NCBI GenBank assembly: GCA_037441705.1
Contig: JBBIRR010000006.1
Coordinates: 34,882-98,881 of the forward strand
Length of the DNA stretch: 64,000 nt
Reading direction: 5' to 3'
From: Ignavibacteriales bacterium
Lineage (GTDB): Bacteria; Bacteroidota; Ignavibacteria; UBA10030; UBA6906
The notes below the pieces were generated by a model. It was not told where the DNA came from. It was given only the letters and a program-made list of their open reading frames with translations, and searched no databases. Within the stretch, counting starts at the first letter, position 1. The number at the start of each line of letters is the position of its first letter. The position numbers and the translations under genes are program-made. Positions 49,606 through 60,206 of the stretch are shown here, one piece after another.

Positions 49606-50363
49606 CGGGCGGCGGAGAGCATACGGTCACGATCCGGCAGATCATCGAAGCGCTGCTCTTTGCTACGGATGAGCCGCTGTCGGTGAAACAGATGCTGGAG
49701 ATCTTCGGCGAGTTCGAGGCAGGCGAGCTTCCGCAGAAGCGGGTGAATGAACAGGCCATCCTTTCCGCTATCGAACAGCTCAACAAGGAATACGAAGCGA
49801 GCGGTCGCGCCATGCACATTGTGAGGGTTGCAGGCGGCTATCAGTTCGCGACGCTGCCGCGCTTTGCCGAATGGCTGGGGCGAATGGTGAAGGAGAAGTC
49901 GCGCCGCAAACTTTCCGCCTCCGCACTCGAGAGCCTTGCCGTGATTGCCTACAAGCAGCCGGTTACCAAACCCGAGATCGAGGCAATCCGCGGCGTCAAT
50001 GCCGACTACGTTCTTCGCACGCTGCTGGAGCGCAACCTCATCACCATTGTCGGCAGGGCCGCGTCTCCCGGGCGCCCGCTGCTGTACGGAACCACGAAGG
50101 AATTTCTCAAGCATTTTGGATTGAACGATCTCTCGGAATTGCCCAAGCCGCGCGAGATTGATGAGTTGATGGCCGAGGCCGAGTTCGAAGTGGAAAAGCG
50201 CCTGCTCCAGGAACAGGAGGCGAAGGCACGAGGCGAGCTTGCCATAGAAGATGACGCGGACGACGATACGCGCATCGTGGTGGGCGAGGACGGAACTTTG
50301 CGTAAGGTCGAACCGGATGACCTTCCCGGGTCCGATGACGACGTGAGCGGTGTGGAAGCGTGA
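49602..50363 (+). CDS. scpB: segregation/condensation protein B
   Basis: EALLF, GGYQ, LS..ALE.LA.IAYKQP, IRGV, GRPLLYGTT..FL..FGL. Confidence 0.95.
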   Translation: MTGGGEHTVTIRQIIEALLFATDEPLSVKQMLEIFGEFEAGELPQKRVNEQAILSAIEQLNKEYEASGRAMHIVRVAGGYQFATLPRFAEWLGRMVKEKSRRKLSASALESLAVIAYKQPVTKPEIEAIRGVNADYVLRTLLERNLITIVGRAASPGRPLLYGTTKEFLKHFGLNDLSELPKPREIDELMAEAEFEVEKRLLQEQEAKARGELAIEDDADDDTRIVVGEDGTLRKVEPDDLPGSDDDVSGVEA

Positions 50364-50364
50364 G

Positions 50365-51138
50365 ATGAAGAAAACGAGCAAGCCGGAACCGGCTGCACCC
50401 ATTCGCATCAATCGGTATTTGAGCATGTGCGGCGTTGCTTCGCGCCGCAAAGCCGATGAGTTAGTGCTGCGCGGAAAGGTCGAGGTGAACGGCAGGGTGC
50501 TGACCGACCTCGGAGCGAAGATCAATCCTGCACGCGACAAAGTGTTTGTGGATGGCAAACAGGTGACACGCGTGCACGACTATGTATATCTGGTGATGAA
50601 TAAACCGAAGGACACCATCACGACACTCCACGATGAGCGTGGCAGGCCAACCGTGATGAGCTTCGTGAAGACGAAGCAGCGCGTCTTTCCCGTCGGGCGA
50701 TTGGATCGCAACACCACCGGAGTCTTGCTTCTCACAAACGACGGCGAGTTTGCGCACCGACTCATGCATCCGAGGTACGAGATTCCCAAATCGTATCACG
50801 TGACGTTGACTGAGCCGCTGAAACCCGAAGACGCCGAGCGACTGCAACGGGGGCTGCGCCTGGACGATGGAACAACCACACCGGCGCACGTTTTCATCCT
50901 GCCCGGAGGCAAGCGGAAAGAAATCGGCATCACGATTCATGAAGGAAGAAATCGTCAGGTGCGACGCATGTTTGAGGCGCTCGGCTACGAGGTGAAGAAA
51001 CTCGACCGCGTTGCCTACGGACCGATCACGAAGCAAGGATTACGCCGCGGCGAGATGCGAGCTCTTACTGCTTCTGAAATACGGAAGTTGCGAGAGATGG
51101 CGGGAATATCGGCTGAGGCGCAGGTGCATCCGACATGA
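50365..51138 (+). CDS. pseudouridine synthase, RluB-type
   Basis: GVASRRKA, NKP, GRLDRNTTG.LLLTND, EGRNRQVRRM; conserved position after scpB. Confidence 0.92.
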   Translation: MKKTSKPEPAAPIRINRYLSMCGVASRRKADELVLRGKVEVNGRVLTDLGAKINPARDKVFVDGKQVTRVHDYVYLVMNKPKDTITTLHDERGRPTVMSFVKTKQRVFPVGRLDRNTTGVLLLTNDGEFAHRLMHPRYEIPKSYHVTLTEPLKPEDAERLQRGLRLDDGTTTPAHVFILPGGKRKEIGITIHEGRNRQVRRMFEALGYEVKKLDRVAYGPITKQGLRRGEMRALTASEIRKLREMAGISAEAQVHPT

Positions 51139-51291
51139 AACGGCATGCACGAGCTTTCTTTGAGAACAACCGAATTTCTCGTAGATTGCGAAGGAGCAGA
51201 ATGAGAGAAGAGCCGATGATCGCCCGTGATGGGCAGACGGGCGCATTCGAACTGCTTCCAGCATGCTGACGTAGACATTGGAGTACATCAT

Positions 51292-52830
51292 TTGACGCAA
51301 CACGCAGGATCTCAACCCTCAAGTTCCGAAGCTCTGGCTGCCGATGTTAACGAACTGATGCGTCGCCGGCGCGAGGAGTTAGAGGAACTTCGCAAGCTCG
51401 GCATCGAGCCGTATCCGTATTCTTTTCCACGAAACGCCTTCTCGAAAGAAATCCTCGAGTCGTTTCAGGACGACGCTCCGCCCCGCACGGTGGCTATCGC
51501 CGGCCGCATCATGTCCAAGCGGAAGATGGGCAAAGCGACGTTCTGCCACATTCAGGACTCGCAAGGCAAGATTCAGATTTACCTCAAGAAGGATGATCTC
51601 GGATCGCTGTACGATGCGTTCCGGCTGTTCGACATCGGCGACATCATCGGCGTGGAAGGCTTCGTCTTCCGCACAAGGATGGGCGAGATCAGCGTCCATG
51701 TGCAGAAGCTTCAGTTGCTTGCCAAGTCGCTGCGGCCTCTCCCCATTCCGAAAGAAACGAAGGACGAACACGGCAACATCATCGTCCACGACCCGTTCTC
51801 GGACAAGGAGCTTCGATATCGCCAGCGATATGTTGACCTGGTTGTCAATCCGCATGTCAAGGAAGTATTCATCAAGAGAGCCAGGATTATTTCGACGATG
51901 AGGGCGTTCTTCGAAGAGCAAGGCTATCTTGAGGTCGAGACGCCGATTCTTCAACCGCAGTATGGCGGGGCATTTGCGCGGCCCTTCATCACGCATCATA
52001 ACACGCTGGACATTGACATGTACCTGCGCGTGGCCAACGAGCTGTACCTGAAACGGCTGATCGTCGGAGGGTTTGACGGCGTCTTTGAGTTTGCGAAGGA
52101 CTTCCGCAACGAGGGGATGGACCGCACACACAATCCCGAGTTCACGATGCTCGAAGTGTACGTCGCCTACAAGGACTATCTCTGGATGATGGAGATGGTG
52201 GAACAGATGATCAGCAAGGTGGCAATGGCGGTGAACGGTTCGATGAAAGTGATGCTCGGGGGAAACGAGATTGATTTCACGCCGCCGTGGAAACGCATGA
52301 CGATGTTTGAGGCAATCGAGCGATTCACGGGCCGGGCACTGCGCGGGAAGAATGAGGAGGAACTGCGATCGGTCGCGAAGGACATGCATCTGGAGATTCC
52401 TCCGGGCGAGGGCGCAGGCGCCATCATTGATGAAATCTTCAGCGAGAAGGTGGAGCCGCATCTCATTCAACCCACATTCATCATGGACTATCCGGTGGAG
52501 ATGTCTCCGCTGGCGAAGCGGCACCGCTCGGAGCCGGGGCTGGTGGAACGCTTCGAGGCGATTGTGAACGGGCAGGAAATCTGCAATGCGTTCAGTGAGT
52601 TGAATGACCCCATTGACCAGCGGGCGCGCTTCGAGGAACAAATGAAAGCCCGCGCACGCGGACAGATGGAAGTCCAGCCGCTCGACGAGGATTTCTTGCG
52701 CGCGCTGGAGTACGGCATGCCTCCCACGGCGGGACTCGGCGTCGGCATTGACCGACTCACCATGTTGCTGACGGGACAGGAATCCATCCGGGATGTCATT
52801 TTCTTCCCGCAGATGAAACCCGAGAAATAA
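51292..52830 (+). CDS. lysS: lysine--tRNA ligase (class II)
   Basis: [48 protein letters not shown]; TTG start with GGAG inferred. Confidence 0.97.
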   Translation: MTQHAGSQPSSSEALAADVNELMRRRREELEELRKLGIEPYPYSFPRNAFSKEILESFQDDAPPRTVAIAGRIMSKRKMGKATFCHIQDSQGKIQIYLKKDDLGSLYDAFRLFDIGDIIGVEGFVFRTRMGEISVHVQKLQLLAKSLRPLPIPKETKDEHGNIIVHDPFSDKELRYRQRYVDLVVNPHVKEVFIKRARIISTMRAFFEEQGYLEVETPILQPQYGGAFARPFITHHNTLDIDMYLRVANELYLKRLIVGGFDGVFEFAKDFRNEGMDRTHNPEFTMLEVYVAYKDYLWMMEMVEQMISKVAMAVNGSMKVMLGGNEIDFTPPWKRMTMFEAIERFTGRALRGKNEEELRSVAKDMHLEIPPGEGAGAIIDEIFSEKVEPHLIQPTFIMDYPVEMSPLAKRHRSEPGLVERFEAIVNGQEICNAFSELNDPIDQRARFEEQMKARARGQMEVQPLDEDFLRALEYGMPPTAGLGVGIDRLTMLLTGQESIRDVIFFPQMKPEK

Positions 52831-52899
52831 GCCGGCGCGCTCGGAAGCTGCCCGTACCCATTTCTGACTCACTCTTCATGTCCAGAAAAAGACACTCGA

Positions 52900-55416
52900 A
52901 TGAGGAGAATTCTTCATAGCCTGATCCCTTCTCTGCTTCTGACAACGGCCGCGATGGCAGGCACCAACGGCATTCTTGAAGGAACGGTGCGCGATAAAAA
53001 CACGAACGAGAAGATTCCCGGCGTAGCCGTTCTGGTCGTCGGGACACGGCAAGGCTCGGCCAGCAACGCGGAAGGATATTTCCAGGTGCAAAACATCCGC
53101 GCCGGAACATACGACGTCCACTTCAGTCACGTCGGCTATCAAACCCTCATCATCAAAAACATCACCATCAATCCCGACCTGCGAACGAAGCTGAATGTGC
53201 AGATGGAGCCGGCGGATGTTCAGATGCAGGAGATTATCGTGATTCAGGAGAAGCCGCCCATTCAGCGGGATGTCACAGGCACGACGTTTTCGTTCGGGAG
53301 CGAAGAGATGAAACTTCTTCCGCTCACGAAACTTACCGATGTGGTGACGCTGAAGGCGGGCGTCACCGCCGAAGGAAACATCCGCGGCGGCAAGACGACC
53401 GAAGTGCTGTATCTTGTGGATGGCCTTCCCGTGCAGGATGTTCTTTCAGGTGGATTCAAGACCGACCTGCCGAACAGTTCCATCTCCGGCTTGAGCTTGT
53501 ACACCGGCGGCTTCGAGCCCGAGTATGGCAATGCGCTCTCCGGCGTCGTCAACATTGTGACCAAGACCGGAACCGACGAACACAAATTCTCCGCGCGAGG
53601 AGCCAAGGATAATCTCTTTGGCGGCACACAGGTGAGCAAGACGAACGAGGTCGAGATCGCCGCTTCGGGGCCGCTTGTGGAGGACGAACTGTACTACTTC
53701 GCTTCCGGCAGCGGATTCTTCACCGACACGCGATGGTGGCAGGACTTTCAATATTTCTTCAAAGGGCCTTACGACAGGACGTATACGGGATTTGGAAAGA
53801 TTGATTACATCATCTCACCGAACCTGCGGCTCGGCGCGCAGCTTCTCATTGCCGACCGCGATTGGCGAGATTACGAATTCAACTGGCGGTTCAATCTGGA
53901 CGGCCTGCCTCCCGAGCATCGAACCTCGTATCGCGTCGCGGCCATCCTCTCGCACACGGTGAGCGATGATTTTTTCTACACCGCCAGCCTCAGCAGATTC
54001 TCGTTGCGCGCACGCATCGGCGAGGGATCGAAAGAACGTATTCCGGCCAACGATCCGTATCAGTACGATTTCTTTCTTCAGTATGTGATTGACGGGCAGC
54101 GCGCATGGTGGAGCCGGACGACGCAGGACAATTACACGGCAAAGTTCGACGCAACCTACAGAGCCGGGAAGGAACATCTGTTGAAGATGGGCGGGGAAAT
54201 CAATTTCTACGACGTTCATTCGGACATCGTGAAGTACGAGCCGCGCAAGACATTCTTCGGCAAGCCGTTGGTGAATGAGCCGCAACTCAACTTCAGTTCG
54301 TCGTATCGCTTCAGGCCCAAAACGGGGGCGCTTTACATCCAGGATAAGTATGACGTGCCCGAAAGCGGCATCCTCATCAACTTCGGCGTGCGCTACGATT
54401 TCCTCGATCCGACCGCCAGCCGGCCGGCCATTGAAGCGATTCCGACAAGCGATACGACCTATAGCTTCGAAGTGAAACGCTATGTGCCCGCACGATGGAA
54501 GCAGCAGTTCAGTCCGCGGCTGGGTGCTGCAACGCAGCTCGCAGAGAACGGCTATCTCTTTCTGAACATCGGCTGGTACTTTCAGTATCCGCTCTTCGAT
54601 TATCTGTACAGCGGACTCGATCAGGCCTCTCTCGCGCGCGGCCTCAGCGCCGTCACCGGCAATCCCGATCTCGAACCCGAGCGCACCAAGTCCTACGAGC
54701 TGAGCATCAAGTACAGCTTCGACTACAACATCGTCGGTTCGATTACCTACTTCAAGAAGGAGACGACGAATCTCATCGATACCAAAACGTTTGTTCCGGG
54801 GGACAGCAAGGTGGTCGGAACGTACGGCTTTGCGGAATACGTCAACACGCCGTATGCAGATGCCTCAGGGTTCGAGATCATCATCAGTCGCGAGCGAGGG
54901 GAGTGGATTACGGGAGAGCTGTCGTACACGTTTATGACGGCGGAGGGTGTGAGCGGCAGTGCCGACGATGGATTCTACATCGCGCAGTTCGGGCTGCCTC
55001 CGGCCACGCGGGTCTATCCGCTGAGCTGGGATCAGCGGCACACGATCAAAGCGACGACAACGTTCAGCCTCCCCTGGGATCTTACGCTGAACTCATACAT
55101 CGAGTATCATTCGGGCCGTCCGTTTACGAAGTACCCGACAGCGACGGGCTTCGATCCTGTTGATAAGAAAGCCTTCCAGCAAAACAATGCGCGCATGCCA
55201 AGATACTTCAACTGGGATCTGCGTGCGACACAACGCTTCCGGTTCGATTGGTGGCCCAACTCGGTGATCAGCCTCTACCTGGATGTTCGCAATGTGTTCA
55301 ACGAGAAGAATGTGAAGTGGATTGATTCGAACGGCCGTATCGGCGGTGAGCTGAGCGACCCGGGCGGGTACTTCATCGGACGGCGAACGACTCTCGGACT
55401 CCAAATTGATTTTTGA
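52900..55416 (+). CDS. TonB-dependent receptor with N-terminal carboxypeptidase-regulatory-like domain
   Basis: signal peptide; G.V.D....IPGV.V; plug IRGG...YLVDG...GGF.PEYG..LSGVVN; GNPDLEPE; C-terminal Phe. Confidence 0.92.
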   Translation: MRRILHSLIPSLLLTTAAMAGTNGILEGTVRDKNTNEKIPGVAVLVVGTRQGSASNAEGYFQVQNIRAGTYDVHFSHVGYQTLIIKNITINPDLRTKLNVQMEPADVQMQEIIVIQEKPPIQRDVTGTTFSFGSEEMKLLPLTKLTDVVTLKAGVTAEGNIRGGKTTEVLYLVDGLPVQDVLSGGFKTDLPNSSISGLSLYTGGFEPEYGNALSGVVNIVTKTGTDEHKFSARGAKDNLFGGTQVSKTNEVEIAASGPLVEDELYYFASGSGFFTDTRWWQDFQYFFKGPYDRTYTGFGKIDYIISPNLRLGAQLLIADRDWRDYEFNWRFNLDGLPPEHRTSYRVAAILSHTVSDDFFYTASLSRFSLRARIGEGSKERIPANDPYQYDFFLQYVIDGQRAWWSRTTQDNYTAKFDATYRAGKEHLLKMGGEINFYDVHSDIVKYEPRKTFFGKPLVNEPQLNFSSSYRFRPKTGALYIQDKYDVPESGILINFGVRYDFLDPTASRPAIEAIPTSDTTYSFEVKRYVPARWKQQFSPRLGAATQLAENGYLFLNIGWYFQYPLFDYLYSGLDQASLARGLSAVTGNPDLEPERTKSYELSIKYSFDYNIVGSITYFKKETTNLIDTKTFVPGDSKVVGTYGFAEYVNTPYADASGFEIIISRERGEWITGELSYTFMTAEGVSGSADDGFYIAQFGLPPATRVYPLSWDQRHTIKATTTFSLPWDLTLNSYIEYHSGRPFTKYPTATGFDPVDKKAFQQNNARMPRYFNWDLRATQRFRFDWWPNSVISLYLDVRNVFNEKNVKWIDSNGRIGGELSDPGGYFIGRRTTLGLQIDF

Positions 55417-55422
55417 TCGGCG

Positions 55423-56055
55423 ATGAAAACCTCTCGTATGTGTCGGCTCGTCCACGTTCTTCTGGTGGCGGGATGCTGCTTTGCTGTTCACGGATGCGAC
55501 GAGAGCCTTCCTCCGCGCAATGAGCCTGAACGCTTTCTGAAGGCTTCGCTCTTTGTTCAGCCCAACAGCGTTGTCAACGTGTTCATTGATTCTGCGATGA
55601 CAGGCTTTCCCATAACCATCAACGGCACGGCGGGAAGCATCAACGTGTCGCTGAAGAGTTTCTACAACGAAGTGCTTGAGGCGCGTCCCGCGGTCAACGG
55701 GAAAGTGGATGTGTGGCTGACAAGCGAACCGACGATCCGGACGTCGGTTCTGTTCGGCGAGGCCGATGTTGATCACCCCTACATCGAGCCGAACGGTTTC
55801 CTCACGTTGCTTCCCGGCGATTCGGTTTCCATGACGAAACAATGGCACCACATTGCCGATGTGGGGCGGGGCTTCTGGAACTACGTTCAGCTTCGCGGGC
55901 GAGTTGACGGCACACAGCGCTTCTACTACGAGTCGGCGCCTGTGCGCTACACCGCCGTTGCCACCGTCCAGGTTTTCGACAACGTTCCGGCTGAGCGCAC
56001 CGAGCCGTACGAGTTTGAGCTGGTGTATCACGTCTACGTGCGGTTTCCGCCGTAA
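55423..56055 (+). CDS. hypothetical lipoprotein (paralog of 59592..60167)
   Basis: VHG-C-DESLPPRN lipobox; beta-rich; 6 nt after the TonB receptor stop. Confidence 0.72.
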   Translation: MKTSRMCRLVHVLLVAGCCFAVHGCDESLPPRNEPERFLKASLFVQPNSVVNVFIDSAMTGFPITINGTAGSINVSLKSFYNEVLEARPAVNGKVDVWLTSEPTIRTSVLFGEADVDHPYIEPNGFLTLLPGDSVSMTKQWHHIADVGRGFWNYVQLRGRVDGTQRFYYESAPVRYTAVATVQVFDNVPAERTEPYEFELVYHVYVRFPP

Positions 56056-56103
56056 ACGTTACAAGCGGAGGGAAGTTGCTCAAGAACCTCGATTCTCATC
56101 CCT

Positions 56104-59100
56104 TCAAAATCCGTCCACTCTCTCCTGTCCTTGAATGATGATGAGCTTCAGCACCTTCGTTGCGCCGATGTCCGGCAGCTCGATGTGGGCGATGTAGAGA
56201 CCGCTGCCGATCGGCAAATCAAATTCATTCCGCAAGTTCCAATCAAGAAACTGAGAATTCGGATCGTCCTTGATGAGCGTGCGGACGTGGATGCCGCCCA
56301 GACTGAAGATGCGAATGTACGCGCGCGCGGGCAGGTGGGTGAACATCACGCGATGCCGCACAATGCCGGTGGGTGAGACGGCATCGCCGTAGTAAGGATT
56401 GGGCACGACGTTGATAGCCGAAACATCTGCGCGCGCTTGCCGGATATCGAACGTGGGCGCGGCGGGCTGGACCTCTACCACATCGCCGTGTTGGAGTTCA
56501 TGAAACTTCACAAACCTGATCACCGTCCCGACGGGCGGAGGGAGGCCATCGCGATCCTTATCCGCGATCTGAATTCCCCAGATGGCGTTGGCCTGATCCT
56601 CCGGTCCCTGCGAAGCGCGGAACACCTCGGTTCGCCGCTGATAGACGCCGAGCGAATCGTTGCCGCCCGTCGGATAGGGGATGTTCGTGATGTGAATCGG
56701 CTCGAAGATGGTGAACAATGTGTCGCCGTAGAAGACGCCGTTGGGTGTCAGGTTCCAGCGGGTTGCATCACCCGAGTCTCGGAACGAAGCAATCACCTGA
56801 ACGGGTGTGTCGCCCGGCCCTCGTCCAACATCCCACACGGAGAAGGGAACTTTGACTGCTTCGGATTGGACATTGAGGATGATCAGGCGGATGGCGTAGC
56901 TTCCCTGTCCGTCAAATCGAAGCTCATAGTCACGTTGAACAGGACCGATGCCGTTCATGGCGCGCAGAGTCCCGCGTTGACTCAGCACCGTATAGTGCGG
57001 GCTGGGATTTGTCGTGCCGAACACGTCGTTGCCGTTTTGGTCGATCACCTGTCGCAGCCCGACGGGCGGCGCGCTCACCGTCAGCTCAAGTCCGGCATCG
57101 GCAATCCGGAACGGCGTACGGCCGCTCAGGTCGGTAATGTCCGCAAGAACGACGCGTCCCGTTGCAGCATTCGTAACCGACCATTTGAACGAGCGGCTCG
57201 ATGTGGTTGTATCGAAGCGGATGTGGTACGGGGCACCCGTTGGTGCACGTGGGTTGTATATCACCGGAACGACCACGGCGTCGCTATTGCCGACGACCCG
57301 ACGCACCGTAATCGTGTCGCCCACAGCATAGGGCATGATGATGCCCGGTCTGCGCGGTTCGGGAACGGCGAGGAGAATCTCCGGCGCGCTCTCAACGCTG
57401 CGCACGGTTGTGTTCGGATCCGGCGTGTAGCTGTAGGCGGTGACGGCGAAATAGTAGCGCTGACCGTTCACGAGCGGACGATTCCAAATCTTATCCTCCG
57501 TAATCAGCAAACTCCGCTTGATGCCGCTGTCGGTGCCGTATTGCACAGGACGCAGATAGACTTCTCCGGCTTGCGCGTCGAATTCCTCCTGCGAGATCGT
57601 TCGGATGTTGTTGACGAGATCGAACGTCGCGAGCTTTCGTGCGTCGCTCAAGTCCGTAGCCCCATCGGGCACCTGATACACGTTGTAGCCTTCGAAGCGG
57701 TAGTTGCCGAACTGTACGGTGTTCTCCGTTAGCGCTACAGCGGCCGAATCGTGCCCCCACTCGAGGAGAATCTGTTTGTCCAGCGCAACGACGTTGACGT
57801 GAGGAGGAGGGGGAGCTTTCGGTAGGCTGAAGCCGTTGTTGTACGCGGCTTGCGTAACCTTATCGTTATACTTCAGCACTTTGATGCTGGAGAGATAGTC
57901 GGTTCCCAATCCGCCGATCAGTGCAAAGACCACCTCCTGTGTGTCACCCACGGCCATGGAGAACGGGCCTGAAGCGATGACGATTTCTCGATCGCCGGGA
58001 AAGATCGGATCGCCGTCCAGCCAGCCGTAGTGCAGCACTGGATCGCCGCTTGCCCAAAACTTGTCCGGCGCACGAGTGATGGGGTTGATGAGCGGGGCGG
58101 GATCGGGCGGGCCGATGGGACTGGGCGGCAAGCCGCGCAGCACCTGATACCAGCCGATGGCGCCGAAGTTGCCCCCGAACGGCGCCTGATAGCGCGAGCC
58201 GTAGCGTGCGTGACGGTCGAAGTATATGAACGACGTCATCGGCAGATTGATGAAGCCGGGACCCACGACCTTCAAATTCAGGATCGCAAAGTCTGCCGCG
58301 TCGTCAATGCCATTGCGGTTGCGGTCCTCGCCTGCCATACCACGTACAACCGGACCCTGAATCAGATCGAACCCGACGGCAGGCGGAGGAAGGTTGAAAT
58401 TGCTGAACAGCCGATCGGCAGCGGTGGCGTTGTACACGTAGCCGAGGTTCAGGAGCGTATCGCAGCCCGCGTAGTCGTCCGTTGCATCGCCGAGGTCCGG
58501 GTCGGAAACTTGCGCGATGAACATGCTGTCGATGTATGCGGCCGATGATGTCGAGGCCGTTCCTTTGTAGATGAGGCGAAAGCGTTTGTAGATGACGTTG
58601 GCGAGGGCGTCGGTACGATTGTATGCCCAGATCGTTCCTTGCAATTCCATCCCCACCGGCTGTGACGAGAAGGGCCGCGCGGCAACGATATCATTGCAGA
58701 CATACCAGAGCACCATGTCTGCGTCCGCATAGCCGGGAGTTTCGCCGTCGAGCTTCCCGTTGCGATTGACATCCTCACCCGGGTCGAGATACGCGTTGCG
58801 GTTGATGTCTTCTCCCCAATCCAGCACCCGATTGCGTGCACCGACGAGTTGTCCTGTACGGTCGAGGTAGCCGGTGTCGTAAAACGGCGCGCCAAGTTCC
58901 CACGGCCATTCACGCCAATCTTTTGTGTATGCCGCGAGGAGCCTCGACAGATCGGCGCTCGTCACATCGGTGAGGCTCTTGCGATAGGTATCGGCGGCAT
59001 CTTGCCGCAGATCTGCTGTGCGGAAGTTGCGGCGAATCTTGTACAGCCGCACCGTGCTATCGTTGGGATTTTGTACCGTGTTCGTCCTGAAGCCGAGGAT

Positions 59101-59448
59101 GGCCCCCTGGCGCATGCCGCTGCTGTAGTATTGACCGTTCACGTGCAGGCGCGTTGTAGTGCCGTCGTGCACGCGCCCGCCCCACAGAATGCCTGAGGCG
59201 TACACGCCCAGAGCCGTTGCTCGCGGGTAGGTCATGCCTCCACCGCTGAACAGCGGCGAAGGGTACTCCTGATTTCCGTTGGAATTGTACCACGCAAGGA
59301 TTCTGTTGATGTTCATCGGCAGAACCGTTGGTGTGCCGAGAATGATTTCGGGACTTGCCGGCTCATGGGGTTTGGTTTGTGCGTGAAGCGGGAATGCAAG
59401 AACACACAGCGTGACGGCGACGAAGCAGAACGTGAAGTGATTCCTCAT
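56104..59448 (-). CDS. large secreted protein with T9SS-like C-terminal domain, FN3-like segment and Ca-binding-like DxNxN repeats
   Basis: Sec signal MRNHF...LHA; DPDLGD; FEGYNVY; YYFAVTAY; C-terminal VVPNPY...IRIFSLGG..VRTL...WNL...SGLY...K.LKL. Confidence 0.8.
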   Translation of the reverse strand: MRNHFTFCFVAVTLCVLAFPLHAQTKPHEPASPEIILGTPTVLPMNINRILAWYNSNGNQEYPSPLFSGGGMTYPRATALGVYASGILWGGRVHDGTTTRLHVNGQYYSSGMRQGAILGFRTNTVQNPNDSTVRLYKIRRNFRTADLRQDAADTYRKSLTDVTSADLSRLLAAYTKDWREWPWELGAPFYDTGYLDRTGQLVGARNRVLDWGEDINRNAYLDPGEDVNRNGKLDGETPGYADADMVLWYVCNDIVAARPFSSQPVGMELQGTIWAYNRTDALANVIYKRFRLIYKGTASTSSAAYIDSMFIAQVSDPDLGDATDDYAGCDTLLNLGYVYNATAADRLFSNFNLPPPAVGFDLIQGPVVRGMAGEDRNRNGIDDAADFAILNLKVVGPGFINLPMTSFIYFDRHARYGSRYQAPFGGNFGAIGWYQVLRGLPPSPIGPPDPAPLINPITRAPDKFWASGDPVLHYGWLDGDPIFPGDREIVIASGPFSMAVGDTQEVVFALIGGLGTDYLSSIKVLKYNDKVTQAAYNNGFSLPKAPPPPHVNVVALDKQILLEWGHDSAAVALTENTVQFGNYRFEGYNVYQVPDGATDLSDARKLATFDLVNNIRTISQEEFDAQAGEVYLRPVQYGTDSGIKRSLLITEDKIWNRPLVNGQRYYFAVTAYSYTPDPNTTVRSVESAPEILLAVPEPRRPGIIMPYAVGDTITVRRVVGNSDAVVVPVIYNPRAPTGAPYHIRFDTTTSSRSFKWSVTNAATGRVVLADITDLSGRTPFRIADAGLELTVSAPPVGLRQVIDQNGNDVFGTTNPSPHYTVLSQRGTLRAMNGIGPVQRDYELRFDGQGSYAIRLIILNVQSEAVKVPFSVWDVGRGPGDTPVQVIASFRDSGDATRWNLTPNGVFYGDTLFTIFEPIHITNIPYPTGGNDSLGVYQRRTEVFRASQGPEDQANAIWGIQIADKDRDGLPPPVGTVIRFVKFHELQHGDVVEVQPAAPTFDIRQARADVSAINVVPNPYYGDAVSPTGIVRHRVMFTHLPARAYIRIFSLGGIHVRTLIKDDPNSQFLDWNLRNEFDLPIGSGLYIAHIELPDIGATKVLKLIIIQGQERVDGF

Positions 59449-59485
59449 GCTGGATGAATACGGTTGGTGATGAATGGCGCATTCC

Positions 59486-59514
59486 AATGTACAGAGCAAG
59501 AGTGAGAGTTGCAA
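59486..59514 (-). promoter_or_regulatory. putative sigma70 promoter of the T9SS-cargo gene
   Basis: minus strand TTGCAA-17-TACATT. Confidence 0.5.
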
Positions 59515-59591
59515 CGCAGTTCTCTCTTGTGGTGTTGCATCTCTGAAGATTGTTTTGTTGCTTTAGTCGTGTTCTTTCACCTTGCCGCGGC

Positions 59592-60167
59592 ATGCCAATC
59601 GTTGTGATGATACTTTCCTGCCTGATGATGTTTCTCCTCTCGACGTGCGAGGAATCGCTGCCGCCTCGCAATCCGCCACAGGACTATCTCGAAGCAACCC
59701 TCACCGCGTCGTCGTCGGCTGTTGAGGTGCGTGATTCGGCCGTCACCGGACTCGGGGGCGCAATCGTTGTGAGCCTCAGAAACATCTACGTCGAAGTCCT
59801 GCAGGATTCGGAGTTTGCTCGTGTTGATGTTGATGTGTGGATGCGTGACATGCCTGAGCAGCGCGTGCACGTCGTCGCGACGCGACGAGAGTTGACAAAT
59901 TCCGGTCTCATTTCGCGAGGCCTGCTGACCTTGCGCCCGAATGAAACGGCCGTATTCCTCAAGCAATGGAGTCACCGCACGGTACAGGGCAGATGGTTCT
60001 GGGAATTCGTTCCCCTGACACTCAAGCAGCCGCCGGTGGGTCCTCCGTATCTTGAGTCCGACACCGTGCACCTTGTGGCCGAAGGGCAAGCACAACTCTT
60101 CAAAGGAAGGGCACCGGAACGTCTTGCGCGCATTAGCTTCTCGACATTCTACAGAATCTACGAGTGA
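59592..60167 (+). CDS. hypothetical lipoprotein (paralog of 55423..56055)
   Basis: LLST-C-EESLPPRN; collinear similarity to the 55.4 kb protein; start uncertain. Confidence 0.7.
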   Translation: MPIVVMILSCLMMFLLSTCEESLPPRNPPQDYLEATLTASSSAVEVRDSAVTGLGGAIVVSLRNIYVEVLQDSEFARVDVDVWMRDMPEQRVHVVATRRELTNSGLISRGLLTLRPNETAVFLKQWSHRTVQGRWFWEFVPLTLKQPPVGPPYLESDTVHLVAEGQAQLFKGRAPERLARISFSTFYRIYE

Positions 60168-60206
60168 GCATGCAAGTTGATCTATCATTTTCTATATTGC
60201 CCTTCG

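Noticed and set aside
41810-51138. Two RsuA/RluB-family pseudouridine synthases as a recent duplication
   Set aside because: They are clearly diverged, and multiple family members per genome are normal
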